DNA from: Lama guanicoe | Lineage: Eukaryota | Length of the DNA stretch: 64,000 nucleotides | Direction: 5' to 3' | NCBI GenBank assembly: GCA_013239625.1 | Contig: MU056303.1 | Span: forward strand, 10,658,049-10,722,048 | In this document: one piece after another, positions 25,601 to 37,709 of the stretch | Position numbering within the stretch: position 1 is the stretch's first letter | Layout of the letters: every line of letters starts with the position of its first letter | Translations under genes and position numbers: made by a program | The notes under the pieces: generated by a model | The model's database searches: none | What the model saw: only the letters and a program-made list of their open reading frames with translations | What the model was told of the DNA's origin: nothing

Positions 25601-26444
25601 GATGCTGCAGAACGTCTGAGCTGGTTCGTAAGCTCCTCAAGTGGCCGGCTTCCTCTTGCATTCCCCTCGCTGCGCAGACGGGTTCGGGTTCACTGCAGGT
25701 GCCCCTTACGGTTCCTTGTGGTGAAATGCCCAGGTCTGCTAGATGACCCCTGAGCCCCCTTTCAGGTTTAATACTGCGTGACGAATGACCCCCTTTTTGA
25801 AGATGCATCGGTTCTCGGAATCAGGAGTCCTGAGATTACTCACAGAGCTGGTACAGGATGTGGAATAGTCCCGAAGTGGGACCGGGTCAGTGCTGAACGG
25901 CCCTCGGAGGGGTTAGCGGGGGCAGCCGGGGTCCTTTGCTTTGAGATCAGAGGCTCTGGGTCTTCATTTCTTCAAGGGGCATCAGCCCTTGGCAAATAGA
26001 TTTCCGCTCACTCCGCTCGCAAAGATCTTACTGATAAACCAGAGTGCTGATTTATTAACATACAGTGAGGTACAGGCCAAGAGGACCGAATGATGGTGGC
26101 AGCTGGACCACACACTCTCTGCTCTCTCCTTGAGAAGCAATTCAGGCCTGAAAGTTGGTAAATATGGAAAGGGACCAACAGGCTGGAGGCCATTGTGCAA
26201 GTTTGCCATCGAGCTGCTGGCACCCGACCCCATCCTTTTCTCTAAGCTCCGCCTACCAAGCAGCCAGCATATTCAGGGCAGTAGGTCAGGATGCCTTTTC
26301 TGGGGACGCTCACACTCCCACTTTCGCTCTCAACCCAGATGCTCCCCGATGATATTCATGACAACCTGCCCTTCCTTACGTAGCAGATTTCATGGCGTTG
26401 AGGACACGGTTCCACGTTAGGCTGCCTGCGTCTGATGACCGGTA

Positions 26445-26830
26445 CTTATGGAGTATTGATCATGGAGCCGGGTGCTGCGCTGTGTGTTGCTGGGGGGCCA
26501 CCGAGAATGAGTCCTTAAGGAACATACAAATAGATGCTAATATAATATAGTGAGTAATGATGGGGCGCAGGCACTGGGCGTTATGGAGCACATGAAGGGG
26601 CTGGGGCTTCGGGAAGGCCTCTGGGAAGAGATGGTGTTGGAATTGGATCTTGAAGAGTGAGAGTTAGCCAGGACCAACCCAAAGAGAACAAAACAAAAAA
26701 ACAAAAAACTGCCTGGCACGGGGAGAGGTAGAAACAAAAACACGGAGGCATAAAACAAGGGGTGTCTGTGTGTGTCTAAAAGTGGATTGGAATTAGAGGT
26801 GGAAATGCTGGGAGATGAGGTGAAGTAGCT
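26445..26830 (-). mobile_element. L2 fragment
   Basis: cgggaaggcctctgggaagagatggtgttggaattggatcttgaagagtgagagttagcca. Confidence 0.6.
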
Positions 26831-27893
26831 GACAGATCACGGAGCACCGTCTACACTAGTTAGGGGGCAAAGACCTCCTTAGCCCTGGATGACAGGCTCA
26901 CTGAAATGTTCCAAGCAGAGAAGGGCCATGGTCAGACTGGGGTTCTCCGGGGAGCTGGCTGTGCAGAGGCTGTCCCGATGGAATTCCTGGAGCCTCCCTG
27001 CCCTCCTCTGGACCCGTCCTGGAGGCATCACTCAGAGGGGAGGGAGAGGGGTTGCTTCTTGGATATGAGGACACAGCTCTGCCCGCCTCCCAGTAGCTGC
27101 GTGCTGGACCAGAGGGGCTTATTTCCCAACCCAGCAGGTGAGATTTTGCATTCCCTTTCTTTTGGAGGTTTAGAGTTCTCTGTTCTGGAGCACATTGTGG
27201 ACTGCTGAGAGCTGCTACAGGTTGGAGAAACGGGGTGTGTGTGTGTGTGCGCACGTGCGTGCGCATGTGATCGTCCACAACTCTGAGTTTGGCATTAACC
27301 AGTCAATACCTGAGTTATCCTCTCCCATCTATTAGCATCTATTGTGCATTGTATTTATAATCTTGATGGTGGATAGAGACCATCTGCATCATTTCAGAGG
27401 TAATCCCTGAACGTAGTAGTTGTTCAATGAATGTTTGTGGAAGAGGCGAGTACATGGAAGAACACGGGTGCGTGGGCTCCTGGAGCCGGCAGAGGACGCT
27501 GAACGAGGCAGCCCGCCCTGCCCCGCGGCTGTGCCGGGGGGACGCCAAGGGCATTCGGTGGTCTTAAGTGGAGGGTAAGGTCTTTGATTAGTGTATCGAC
27601 AGTTTGAGGGTGAGACTATGCTTTGAAAACTTGTCTCCTACAGGAAAGTCATGTGTCAAGAGAGCCCCAGGGTGGACGGCTGGTTTTCCCCATCGACTGG
27701 GCCCTGGGCATGGTCACCAGGCTCCCTGGCTGCCTGGCTTTGCAGACAAACCACAGGTGGGAGGTGGGGCGGGCTTCTCGGGACCCACGTTTTCCCCTGC
27801 GAGCCTGTCCTTCTAAGGACAGAGCATGCTGTCATGTGATGGGTACGGGTACTGGCTGGTCAATTCAAACGGACCGCTGAAGCAGGATATTGT

Positions 27894-27958
27894 AAAGAAG
27901 AAGAAGAAGGAGAAAAAGAAGAAGAAGAAGAAGGAGAAAAAGAAGAAGAAGAAGAAAA
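27894..27958. repeat. Compound (GAA)n polypurine repeat
   Basis: Uninterrupted 65-nt purine tract with a 24-nt higher-order unit gaagaagaagaagaaggagaaaaa. Confidence 0.95.
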
Positions 27959-28359
27959 TAAAAAGATAAGTATGCACCGTAAGCATTTTATTTTAATTTG
28001 AAACATAGAAATGTGCAGTTATTTGGAATCCTTCAGTGAAGGGTCAAAAGCCAGCCTTTGAACATGGGTCTGCTAATCAGGGTTCCCTTCATGTTTCTTG
28101 TATCAACCACACCCACGATGCATCCGCTCAGAAGCCTAGTTTGGGTTTCTTTACAATGGAGCAAGCACTCCAAGCCCCGTGAAAAAAAAATGTAAGTGCA
28201 GAATTCTAGATTTTTGTGGATTACACCCACCGCTTCCTCCCCGCTCCTCTAACCCCGGTCTCGGTCACTGCACCTTCTTTAACAACACTTGCAATGCTTT
28301 GCCTTGTCCTGTTCCCCCAAAGCGTTCAAGATGCTCTCCTTGGAATCATCAACTTCCTT

Positions 28360-28465
28360 TTCACACTTACGGTTTATTGCGTGGCATAATCTTTAACCTA
28401 GCTGCATGATCAATAGTATAAGTACGATTGGCAACAGATTCCGGATCAAGAGACAATTGGCTGCC
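28360..28465. promoter_or_regulatory. Candidate enhancer
   Basis: TTTATTGC (CDX-like), GATCAATA (ONECUT/CUX-like), TAATCT and ACAATTG next to a CpG-rich patch. Confidence 0.3.
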
Positions 28466-28784
28466 GGGAGAGGGGGCCCGGGCGCCCCGGGAGCAGCCCA
28501 GCGATCCCTGGTACCCAGCGGGGCTGTGCGCCCCCGTCGGGGGAGGAGTTAGGGAGCACCTGCCCCAGGTCCTCTTGTCCTCTGCTGGCCTGTCACGGGT
28601 GGGGTGTGGGGCCAGGGCTTTCTGATCTCCCCTCTGTTTGGTGCTGAGTTTGGACCCTCATAGGAAACACAATCTAATCGAATCGAATCAAATCCTTCTT
28701 TCGCTGCCTCCGCCCAGGCTTCTCTCGGAGGTCCCTGTACCCCCAGAGCTCTCCTGGTTTCTTGTAAGCCACATAGATGCAGGA

Positions 28785-29110
28785 AGAACTCCCAGCTCTG
28801 TCACTTAACGGGGACCATTAAACTTGACCAACAGACTTGGCTCCTTTCGGTCTATCACACTGTACTGTTGTGGGAGTAAATTAAATCAGGTAATGGTGTT
28901 TAATAATAACTCACATTATGGGCTGCTTACTGCGAGCCAGGCAGAGCTTTACCTAGATTACCTTATTTCATTTTTGCAAAAGCCAGTGAGCTAGGTGCTC
29001 CCGATCCCAATTTGCAGCAGAGGACACCGAGGCTCAGGGCGCTTAGAAAGCTTCCTAGGCAGCAAGCAGCAGAGCTGGGCGCAGCTGCAGAACCCACACC
29101 CTTAGTCTTC
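28785..29110. mobile_element. Two MIR fragments, tail-to-tail
   Basis: Plus strand cccagctctgtcactta...gttgtgggagtaaattaaat; minus strand tgcttactgcgagccaggc...cagaggacaccgaggctcagg. Confidence 0.55.
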
Positions 29111-29329
29111 AGGAAATGCTCCCTCCTATCACATAGTAGACTTGCCAGAAGTGCACAAAAAGCGTAAATGCATTTCCACTCTCAGCCCTGCCTTCCCGCA
29201 TCCCAGGAGGGCGGGGCAAGTCTGCCCCTTTATCTAAGATAATGCCAAGGGCAGTTGGCAGAGAGGCCTGGGGGGGTCTCAGCCTCCCCTTCCTTGCCTA
29301 GTGCTGTCGTAGGGAGGCGCCTGCCCAGC

Positions 29330-29702
29330 CAGAAGCCTCACTTCCCAGCACCTCTTCACCCAGGTGTGGCTGTGTGACAGAGTCTTAACCATTCCTACAC
29401 TGGACTCCCCAACGCTTCCACCTCTTCACCCAGGAGTGGTCACATGGCAGGGTCTTACCGCTCGCAGCTCCCAAAACCCTCCCACGGACCCCTCACCTCT
29501 CCCTTTCTCTCCCTGGCTATGTCGACCATCAGGACCACACACTGAAGATGAAGGCCCCTCTGCTGACCTGAGTCCCTAAATGACTGTGCGGTGCAGTGTC
29601 TCCCATCCCACCTGCGGACTGGACTCTAAGAGAAAAAGAATGGAGCCTCTGGGATGTTGGGGTCTGTCTGTTACAGCGGCTAGCACTGTCTTCACTCAAA
29701 CA
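29330..29702 (+). mobile_element. Old MaLR LTR (MLT1-type)
   Basis: 3' end gagcctctgggatgttggggtctgtctgttacagcggctagc...aaaca is typical of MLT1; 5' boundary uncertain. Confidence 0.55.
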
Positions 29703-29919
29703 TATGCTGGGGGGCTTTTGGAACTTGTTGGAAAGAGACCACCTGTGAACCCCCAGAACATCCCCCGTGGCTCACCACATTTTTGGTGGAGTAGAATGTG
29801 TTCTGATGAGGATGTCGTTAGACACCAAATCCCTAGTTTATGGAAGCTGAAATTGCAAGTTCAACTATCTATCTGCCACCAGAGGATGTAGTGAAAAAAA
29901 GTGCCGGGGGTGGGGGGCG

Positions 29920-30090
29920 GTCAGGAAGAGCTCAGGTCAAACTCCTGTCCTGTCATTTTCCAGCTGTAGGAACTCAAGCAAATTAATTCATCCCTCTGCT
30001 TCCTGGTCCCTTAGATAAGGCGTAAGAATACATTCCTAAAAAGCATAATAATATCTACCTTGGAGGTTTGTTGTGGGGATTAAATGAAAG
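29920..30090 (+). mobile_element. MIR SINE
   Basis: tcaaactcctgtcctgtcattttccagctgt...ataataatatctaccttggaggtttgttgtggggattaaatga. Confidence 0.75.
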
Positions 30091-30974
30091 TGGCGGTTTT
30101 TGGCATGAGACGGCCCTCTGAGTGGGAAACATGACTGACACGCATGAAGTGGTCGAGGGCCATCTCTCGGTGACACCGGACGCGTGCGGGGGCAGTGGGG
30201 CGTGCGGGCTCGGAGCAGTTCTGAGAAAGATGTCTGGATGTCTTGGCTGGAGGGAGACATCCTGCGGAGGGTGCCGAGGAGGACATGCGGATGGATCCTG
30301 AAGGAGGAGGAAGCGAGGTGACTACTCAGGGCAGGGCCTCTCTGGACTCCTGGTCAACCTCTGTTGCCTGTTGCCGGGGAGACTAGAGTGATGAAGGGAT
30401 GGGAGGAGACTGGAGGTGCTGGATGGCTGGGTTGAAAGCTGTGCACTTGAATGTGTCCTGCACACCTGACCAAGAGCAGGTCACAGTGCCATCCCCACAA
30501 CAGTGCCTGCCGCCCGGCTGGGACCAGGGAGGGCGTTTGAGGTCAGGGGCTAGGGGAAGAGCTTCACTCTGGAGCCCGCACAGGGATTTAGCAGCATCAC
30601 CAGGCAGCTGGCTCTTTCATCACCAAAATGTGGACCACAGTCCCATGTCTCTGGCCTTGGTTGAGGCACCAGGAAGGATGCCAGTGACACAAACGGATGC
30701 TGATTTCCAGGCAGTGGTCTCTACTGCCACTTCCATGGCATCCTTTATGAGACAGCCTCCACCATGGGGACCCGCAGGCCACTGGCATTTTCAGCCAGGA
30801 GGCCAGAGCAGCTCCTCCAGGGACTGACTGCTAGCGGCGTGGCACCCCTGAGTGAGGGCCAGCACTGCCCACCGTGAAGAGGCTCCTTGTTGGTGACCCA
30901 GGCCAGCAGTGCCCTCTCCTTCAGGCTCACCGGGTGGCTGCTTAGCTGCCACACATCCCTCAGGTTCAGTGTTT

Positions 30975-31120
30975 TCCAGGTTAATTAATCCTATTATTAT
31001 CCACACTGTAGTCTATAATTAGGCACACTGCGCAATTATCATCATCCATTCTGTATTACTGATGTGCGACCTGCCAGCCGAAGACGATGATTAATGATTG
31101 CCTTTTGGATTGTGTTGCAC
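30975..31120. promoter_or_regulatory. Candidate homeodomain-rich enhancer
   Basis: TTAATTAATCC, TATAATTAG, GCAATTATC and TGATTAATGATTG within ~130 bp of non-repeat DNA. Confidence 0.5.
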
Positions 31121-31479
31121 GCACGCACGATGCACCCTCAGTCCCGATGCCGGGGTCTGGGGCTCCCTCTGAGGTCTGCACCAGCTGCATTGCTGGAGGG
31201 TCATCCAGTGCGCACAAGTGAGCCAGCCGGCTGGGGGAGGGTCTCCTTGGACTAGACCGGAAGTAGGAGCATCTTCAGCCAAACTGGGAAGCAGGGCACG
31301 GCCCCCAGCCTTCTCATCCAGGCCTTTTCCTCCAGGGACTGCCCTTTGCTGCCCTCAGGGATCCAGCCATGCTCTCCCCCAACCCCGAAGGCCTTCAGCA
31401 CCTGTCCTTCAATGGGCTTCCAGAATAAAGGCTACTATTATCTTCTTTTGAGATATCTGCTCCCTGCAAAGTAGATCAT

Positions 31480-31540
31480 AGGATTCCTATTTTACAGATG
31501 AGGAAGTTGAGGCTCAGAGAGATGTCTTACCCTGCTAAGG
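31480..31540 (-). mobile_element. MIR core
   Basis: cctattttacagatgaggaagttgaggctcagagag. Confidence 0.75.
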
Positions 31541-32342
31541 AACTGTGGAGATGAGATGTGGCTTTTACTTTACTTAGAAGTGAACCCTTTCTCAGCCTAA
31601 AGAAAGGAAACTCGTTTCATCAGGGATACAGGGAGATGGGCATTTTGACGCTAAAGGGAAGAACGAAGGGGAGGATTTCGTGCGTTCGCTGCCAGGGAGT
31701 GCGGAGCCAGAGACACGCAGGCAGCCGGGCCTCTGAGACCCCTGAAGCCACAGACTGTGTGTAAGTGGCTGCAGCTTCCAGGGAAGCCAGGCTGCCCGTC
31801 TCCTGGCCTGCGTGTGGCTGTTCCCACCCTGCCCACCCAGGCGGCTGAGCGGGAGGCGCCAGATGGAGGAGCCAGACCTGGGAGCTGGCTCACCACCCTG
31901 TCTCCTGTATGTTGTGGGGCTTCTGTGGGGGGACAGTGACAGGCCTGGGCAGAGACAGCCCCATCACCCAGACTGTGTGTCCCCCAGCACTCACGGTGTT
32001 TGGGAGCAGATGGGGTGGGGGCGACACTTTACTGGGGACTTCTGGCTTTTGGGAAGACCGCGGGAGAAGGCAGGACCCACTGCACCCGTCTCACTATATC
32101 CTGCTCTGCATTTCCCCTCTGCCTCCCGCAGACGAGTCCAGGGGAATCAAGGTAAAATGAGAACAAATGATAGGCCTGGGAAGGAAAACTGTGTTGGGAA
32201 GGGCACCTTTCTGCTTGGGAGAGAGGGTGGATGATGGGGACCCCCTGGCCTGCCGGCCAGCAGGGAGGTTTATTTCGTAATTTTGTGGAGGTAGCGGGCA
32301 CACGAGTGCCAGGGCTTTCCTACACCCCACTCCTCCTGCGCT

Positions 32343-32894
32343 GCTTTAATCATGCTTTTCCATCTTCTGTATTTTATGATGGTTTGACGTCTTGGAGGCC
32401 CTGTTGGCTGCGGGGAGACTGCCCTTCTCAGGGCTGGCTGATTCCTAGAGAAAACAAACCAAGTACCTCTGAACACAGCTTTCTTGTACAAACCAGCCAA
32501 CCCCAAATTGCATACCCCAAGCATCTCTTTATCTAGCTTTCGCCCACCGAGTCAGTATCACCTGCCCTCAGCCACCCCAGAGGCGGGTGCTAGACAGCTG
32601 AACACCCTCTATGACCTAGAGCGTGCCGACATAGTTCAAGCCAGCCGGTCCTCAGCAGTCACCCCGGCCGGCCTTGCCTTGTCCATGAAACACACAATAG
32701 AGCCTGTGTCCTGTCCTTTCCATTCACTCCTGCTTCTGCCTCCTGACGGACCCTGGTGCTTCCCCGTGTGGCCCTGCCTCTCATTTCTGGGAGGGACTGT
32801 GGGTGACAATAAAATCTTTCTGAGGTGTTAGCTTCTCTGTGTCATCACTCAGTCACCTCCATGAATTCAAATCCCATGGGGACATTTTAATACA
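32343..32894 (+). mobile_element. ERVL solo LTR, MER74/MER73/LTR53 family
   Basis: ctgcctcctgacggaccctggtgcttccccgtgtggccctgc; gattcctagag; ends cattttaataca. Confidence 0.8.
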
Positions 32895-33034
32895 GCTCCC
32901 ACCAGGGAGGGTCCTGCTCCATGACCCCCCAAAGGAGCCCGGCCTGGGGCCTTGGTGGCACGTGTCACAGTGGGGACGGCTGACTGGCATTGTCCCTGTG
33001 GTCTGATGTCACAGCTTCTGAGCAGGGAATGGGA

Positions 33035-33140
33035 TGATGGTTCTTAACCCCTTTCATTTATTTGGAAAAATCAAGTTCGCCCACCCAGTTCTGTGTGTAT
33101 TTTTCAAGAGGTTTGGGGTCACCAGGTTAGGACCTCCCAG
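33035..33140. mobile_element. hAT-Charlie MITE fragment
   Basis: tggttcttaacc ... ggttaggacctc terminal inverted repeat remnants. Confidence 0.4.
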
Positions 33141-33234
33141 AGTGGGAATGGAGGTTACTGGGAGCCTCTTTGGGTGAGGAGAAAGGAGAGGAAAGTGACT
33201 CAGAGTGTGTGGGAGTGTAGGCGAGAAACAGGGA

Positions 33235-33360
33235 GGCAGAGGCTCAGTTTTCTCATCTGTTAAATGGGACTCAGAACACTTACTTCCTTCGCATCATGGG
33301 GATCTGAGCAAGGGTGACTCAGAATCGACGTGGAGGCTCTTTAGAAAGGAATGAATGCTC
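33235..33360 (+). mobile_element. MIR core
   Basis: gctcagttttctcatctgttaaatggg. Confidence 0.65.
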
Positions 33361-34039
33361 GTGACCGGCAACCTGGAGGCAGACGGGACATTCGAGGAGG
33401 GTCAGAGGGCAGGGATGACTTGGGGATATACGGGGTGGCAGGGATTTTCCAGTCAGGTTGAGGGATGGGTGATTCTTCTTTGCAGTGGTTCAGGGGCTGG
33501 CTCCGGTTCTCCACAGACCCAGAAAGTAGAGCAATTTCCCTGTGGCATCATTTCCAGAGAGAAGATGAGGAAGTTAAAAATTGCTGTAATGATAATAATG
33601 CCCCGCCCAAAATAAATAAACAAGAGAACACACCATGTGGTTTGGGGAAGTTCCAGGCTCCTTCCAGGGCCCCGATGGCCCACGGCTGCTGGCTGACCTT
33701 GGGGGATGCGCTGGTGCCGGCGGGGAAGGGGCAGAAGAACTTCCTGCGACTCCCCTGGGGGCCTGGTCTCTGCTCTCAGAGGCTGGAGACCTCTCAGACT
33801 GGAGCAAGCGCGAGGGCTAGTTGTGTGGCAGGGGCTCGAGTCGTGGGTCCCTTCTGGTGGAAGTGACCAGCGTGGCCCTGGCCGAGCCACTGCAGGTCTG
33901 TGGGGCTAAGATGCCCCCGCACCTGTGCTCAGACGAGGGACCAGGCACTCGGCAGTGCACTTGGAACAGTCGGGGAGGCTTGAAATGCTCTTTCAGGGTC
34001 AGAAAAACCCCCACAAAAATTTTCCTCATTCATGTGTTC

Positions 34040-34168
34040 CTTTCCCATCTCCCCCGCTCCCTCCCCTACTCTTCTCCCTCTTTCTTTTTTCTTTCTTCCT
34101 CCTTCCCTTTCTCCCTCCTCCCTTCTCTTCCCTCTCCTTCCCTCTTCCCTGCCTCTCCCCCTCCCTTG
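34040..34168. repeat. Polypyrimidine low-complexity tract
   Basis: ~130 nt almost entirely C/T. Confidence 0.9.
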
Positions 34169-34894
34169 CACTTCTAACGCCCAGCACCAAATTCTTGGTG
34201 CACAGGGATGAATGAAGCCTAGTGTTTGCCCCTGAGGAGTGTTCTCTGGCATCTAAGTCTGCAGAGAATGATCAAAAACCACTAACCTGCGGGGGAAAAA
34301 TACCAGAGCTTCCCTCTATCTGATCGGAAGCATCTCGCTGTCTTATGAAACCTCAAGGTGGCTGTGAATTCCTGCCCCTCCCACAGGGCCTGGGAAGGAC
34401 GGAGCAGCAGACAGTGCCTGTGCCTCGGAGTCGTCCAGGAGTCTCATGCCTCCCGACAGTGTGAACGCCGAGAAGGGGCACCTAACTCACCCGGCTTCCT
34501 GGAGGAGGCGGCTCGTGAGCTGGGTCCCCTGGAAGCCTCCAGATGCCCTGGCCCTGCCCACTCTGATGCCCTTGCTGTGCCCCCCGTGGAGAGCAGCGTC
34601 TGCCCTGCAGGGGGCAGAGCGGAGGCTGCTGGCCGCACTTCGGCGCCCACTTTGGGTTGTTCCTGCCCTTTGCAAGCTGGCCCTGTGCTTCCCCAAGGCC
34701 CGTCTCCAGCCCAGACCCTTTCCTGCGCTCTGGGGTGAGCGGGTATCTGCCGGCTTGCTGGATAACACCGCCCATGGTGGGTGCTATCAGTGTGCGAGGC
34801 GCTGTGCTCCGTGATGACAAGGGTCGTTGCATTTAATCTTCATCGTCCTGGGAGGCAGGACTCCAAGGACGAGGGAGCACAGCTTGGAGTGAGC

Positions 34895-35710
34895 CACCCA
34901 AACCTGGGTTTATCTTGTGTTTTTCTCATGTTTAGGCTGAAATCATGCTTTTGGGGGAGGAAGATCACAGAGAAGCACCCTTCCCATCACCCCATCTCTG
35001 GGGCACGGGTACCAACGTGATGCTGCGGAGGAAGTGTCTGCCAGGTGTGTCCACTGGACAGTTACGTTTGTCTCCCCACTTTCTGTATTCTACTCTTTGG
35101 AAGCGAGTCACCAAGAGCAGCCCATGCTCGAGGGGCAGGGGAGAAGGGAATTAAAATCCATCTCCTTGGGGGGAGACTGTCAACGTAAATTATTTGGAAT
35201 TCTGTATGGGAGACTATGTCTTCTTCCTCACTCATTCACTCCTTTATTTTTTACTTATTTTTTTAAATCTTTTATTTTTTAAATGGGGGTACTGGGGATT
35301 GAACTCAGGACCTGGTGCATGCTAAGCAGGTACTCTACCGCTGAGCTATTACCCTCCCCCATTCATTCCTTTATTAATTCATCATTTATATATGTCAGTA
35401 TGAATCATGGGCCTTTCTTGTATACTTTGCATTATGACCCAATAGTATGTTATTTCTGTGAGGCTCCAATTGTTCCGGCTTTGGCCTGTGGGAGCTCCTT
35501 CAGGTCGACTACTGTGTCCAGTCGATATGCCCCCATCTCTCTGTTTTTTCGAGCACGTCCTTACTTCCTGCCTCTCCAAGGTGCTGTGGGCTCGTGCACT
35601 TGTTTCTTGACCCTGCCTGAGAGTCAGCCGTTTCTCCAGATGCCTGGCGTCCTCTGAGCGGAGAGTTGTATTAGGAATGAAAGTCTGGGCGCTCGGTTGG
35701 CTCACTTGGC
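34895..35710 (-). mobile_element. Ancient L1MC-like 3' UTR, interrupted by a SINE
   Basis: tactctttggaagcgagtcaccaagagcagcccatgctc...aaattatttggaattct...ccaattgttccggctttggcctgtgggagctccttcagg. Confidence 0.75.
35249..35359 (-). mobile_element. Camelid tRNA-derived SINE (Vic-1-like), short form, with TSD
   Basis: ggtactggggattgaactcaggacctggtgcatgctaagcaggtactctaccgctgagcta; 16-bp TSD cattcactcctttatt (35233-35248) / cattcattcctttatt (35360-35375). Confidence 0.85.
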
Positions 35711-36854
35711 ACTGGGCGGAGGATCTCTGAAAAATGCGAAACGAGATACCTCTTTTTTTCCTTTGGAATAAAGATGACCTTACCGTGATCATCTGGCTCC
35801 TGGCCACCTTTTCAGTCTTGTTTTGAGCCACGGGGCAGCTCTGATGAGCCCATTCGTGTTCCTCAGACAAACCTTTGGACTCTCTGTGTCTTCCTGGCTC
35901 TTTGCCTGGCTGACTCAGGGTCTCAGCAAAATGCCCCTGGACTCCAACCCTTACCCGCCTTGCTCTGGTCTTCCAGCCCCCAGGAAAGCCCCTGGACCCT
36001 GGCAGCGCTGGATAGAGAGGTAAGGAGAGAGTGATGCTCCAAGCAATTATGCTGCGTTCTGCACGCGGCGGTCTCTGATGAGAAGCCTGTCCCTCCCCCA
36101 GAAGGCTTTAACTCTTCTCTACCTCAGGGTGCATGAAGCCCTGTGAGTCCCCGTGACCAGAAAGCTAGCATTCCCTTTTTCACTCCTGGAGCTTTCCGCC
36201 CATGTGTCCCCAAAAGCACCTGCCCATGGAGCCGTACGGAGCTTGCAAACACCCCTTTCCCTCTCTCAGGCGAGCTTCCCGAGGGTGCCAACCGCGACTT
36301 GCCCATCTTGGCTCCTCAGTTCAAGGCTCTCAGTAAGAAAGGTATCAAGTGTGTCCGGGACTCGCCATTTGAGTTTCCTGGACCATCTTCAGCATGAGCC
36401 TCCCTCGGGAAGGATGAGCGGGTCAGCAGGGGAGCCATTTCCAGCCGTCAGAAAGGGCTTGAAGACCGTGGCAAAGGTGGCCTCCCATCCGCTTTCTCCC
36501 TCTTTCCTTTATTTGACAGAATGTGCTAGAGGGTGGAAAGCTCACTGTTAGCAAAGCTTGTTGATGTTTCACTGGCTGTAAAGGAGGGTCCGTCATTTCC
36601 AGTCTTATCTTAAAATCTCCTTGATGCCTGGGTCTTCTTTTTTTGCCCCATCTCTGAAGATCAATAATATTGCAGAAGTGAGGGATCGAAGTTTTTCAAG
36701 TGGTGGGTGAGCGGGGGTGGGGGCGGGGTGTGGGGGCTGGAAGGAGAGTTCCCATAAACTCATCCCTGGGTGATGCTCCCAGAGGCACCAAGTTCCCTGC
36801 TCTCCTCCCCCTCATTCTCTCCCCTGCTCCACTCTCTATCCTCCCTCCCCTCCG

Positions 36855-37100
36855 TCTCTTCCATAAACAAAGCCACAGCCTCAAACAACATCTTGTAAAG
36901 CACATTATAAAATGCTTCTAATAAATCCCTAACAGCCTTGGCCATAACCAGCTGAAAGAAAGGTGATTATGACACGAAAGTGTCAGGTTAGAACAACAAA
37001 TTGGGCCAAGCGAGCAGGGATTTCTTCATCTCTGTAAGTGTGCTATAAAAGTCTATATAATTTCACAAATAAATATGAACATTGCTTAGTAAATGGCTCC
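36855..37100. promoter_or_regulatory. Candidate enhancer (FOX, posterior HOX, MEIS)
   Basis: ATAAACA, TTATAAAA, CTATAAAA, ATAAATA, TGATTATGACA and TGTCA in a repeat-free AT-rich island. Confidence 0.45.
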
Positions 37101-37709
37101 TGGATTTAGAGCTCCAGGACCCCAGGAAGGAACACATTAGCACCAGCGGTGCAATTTCAGATATGGGGCAAATCTACCCAGGGGCTGCCCACCAGATGGC
37201 CTCCACCTACCCCTGTCCCTTCTCAAACATGTGGGGCACCCCAGACCGGGGCAGCAGGAAGGCTGGGCAGCTCCTGGGGTCCAGGACCAGAATTGGGAGG
37301 CCAAATGGGGACTGGTGGCCCTGGGGTCCTCATGACAGTCTGTGTGGCCTTGGAAGAGCAGAAAAGACCAGCTCTGCACAGGTGAGAGGGGAGATGTCAG
37401 GGTCAGGTGAGCTGGGGACCCTGGAGGGGTTGGGAGGCCAGCCTCCAAGTTTGCTGGCAGCGAGGGGTTTCCCAGGATGCTGGACTTCCCATCTTAAAAC
37501 TGGACAGTCAGTAATCTTACCACTCAGAGAGCAGCGATCCTGGGGGCTGCTTTGTTGTGTACTGCCTCTTGTTCCTGGCTGGCCCCAGAAACCGGGTGTG
37601 GGGAAGAAGGGAAAAGGAGGCGGGGCTTCAGAGAGCGTGGAATTGGATTTATATCAGTGTTTCCCAACTCTGGCTACGCTTGAAATGCTTTTAATAACCT
37701 TTCATTTCC

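Noticed and set aside
28671-28695. (AATCN)5 pentamer run
   Set aside because: Short simple repeat with no further support
29348-29460. Repeat of cacctcttcacccagg about 70 bp apart
   Set aside because: Old diverged internal duplication within an MLT1-type LTR
29870-29895. CTCF-like gccaccagaggatg (also cagcgagggggccg near 46103)
   Set aside because: Mismatches at key core positions
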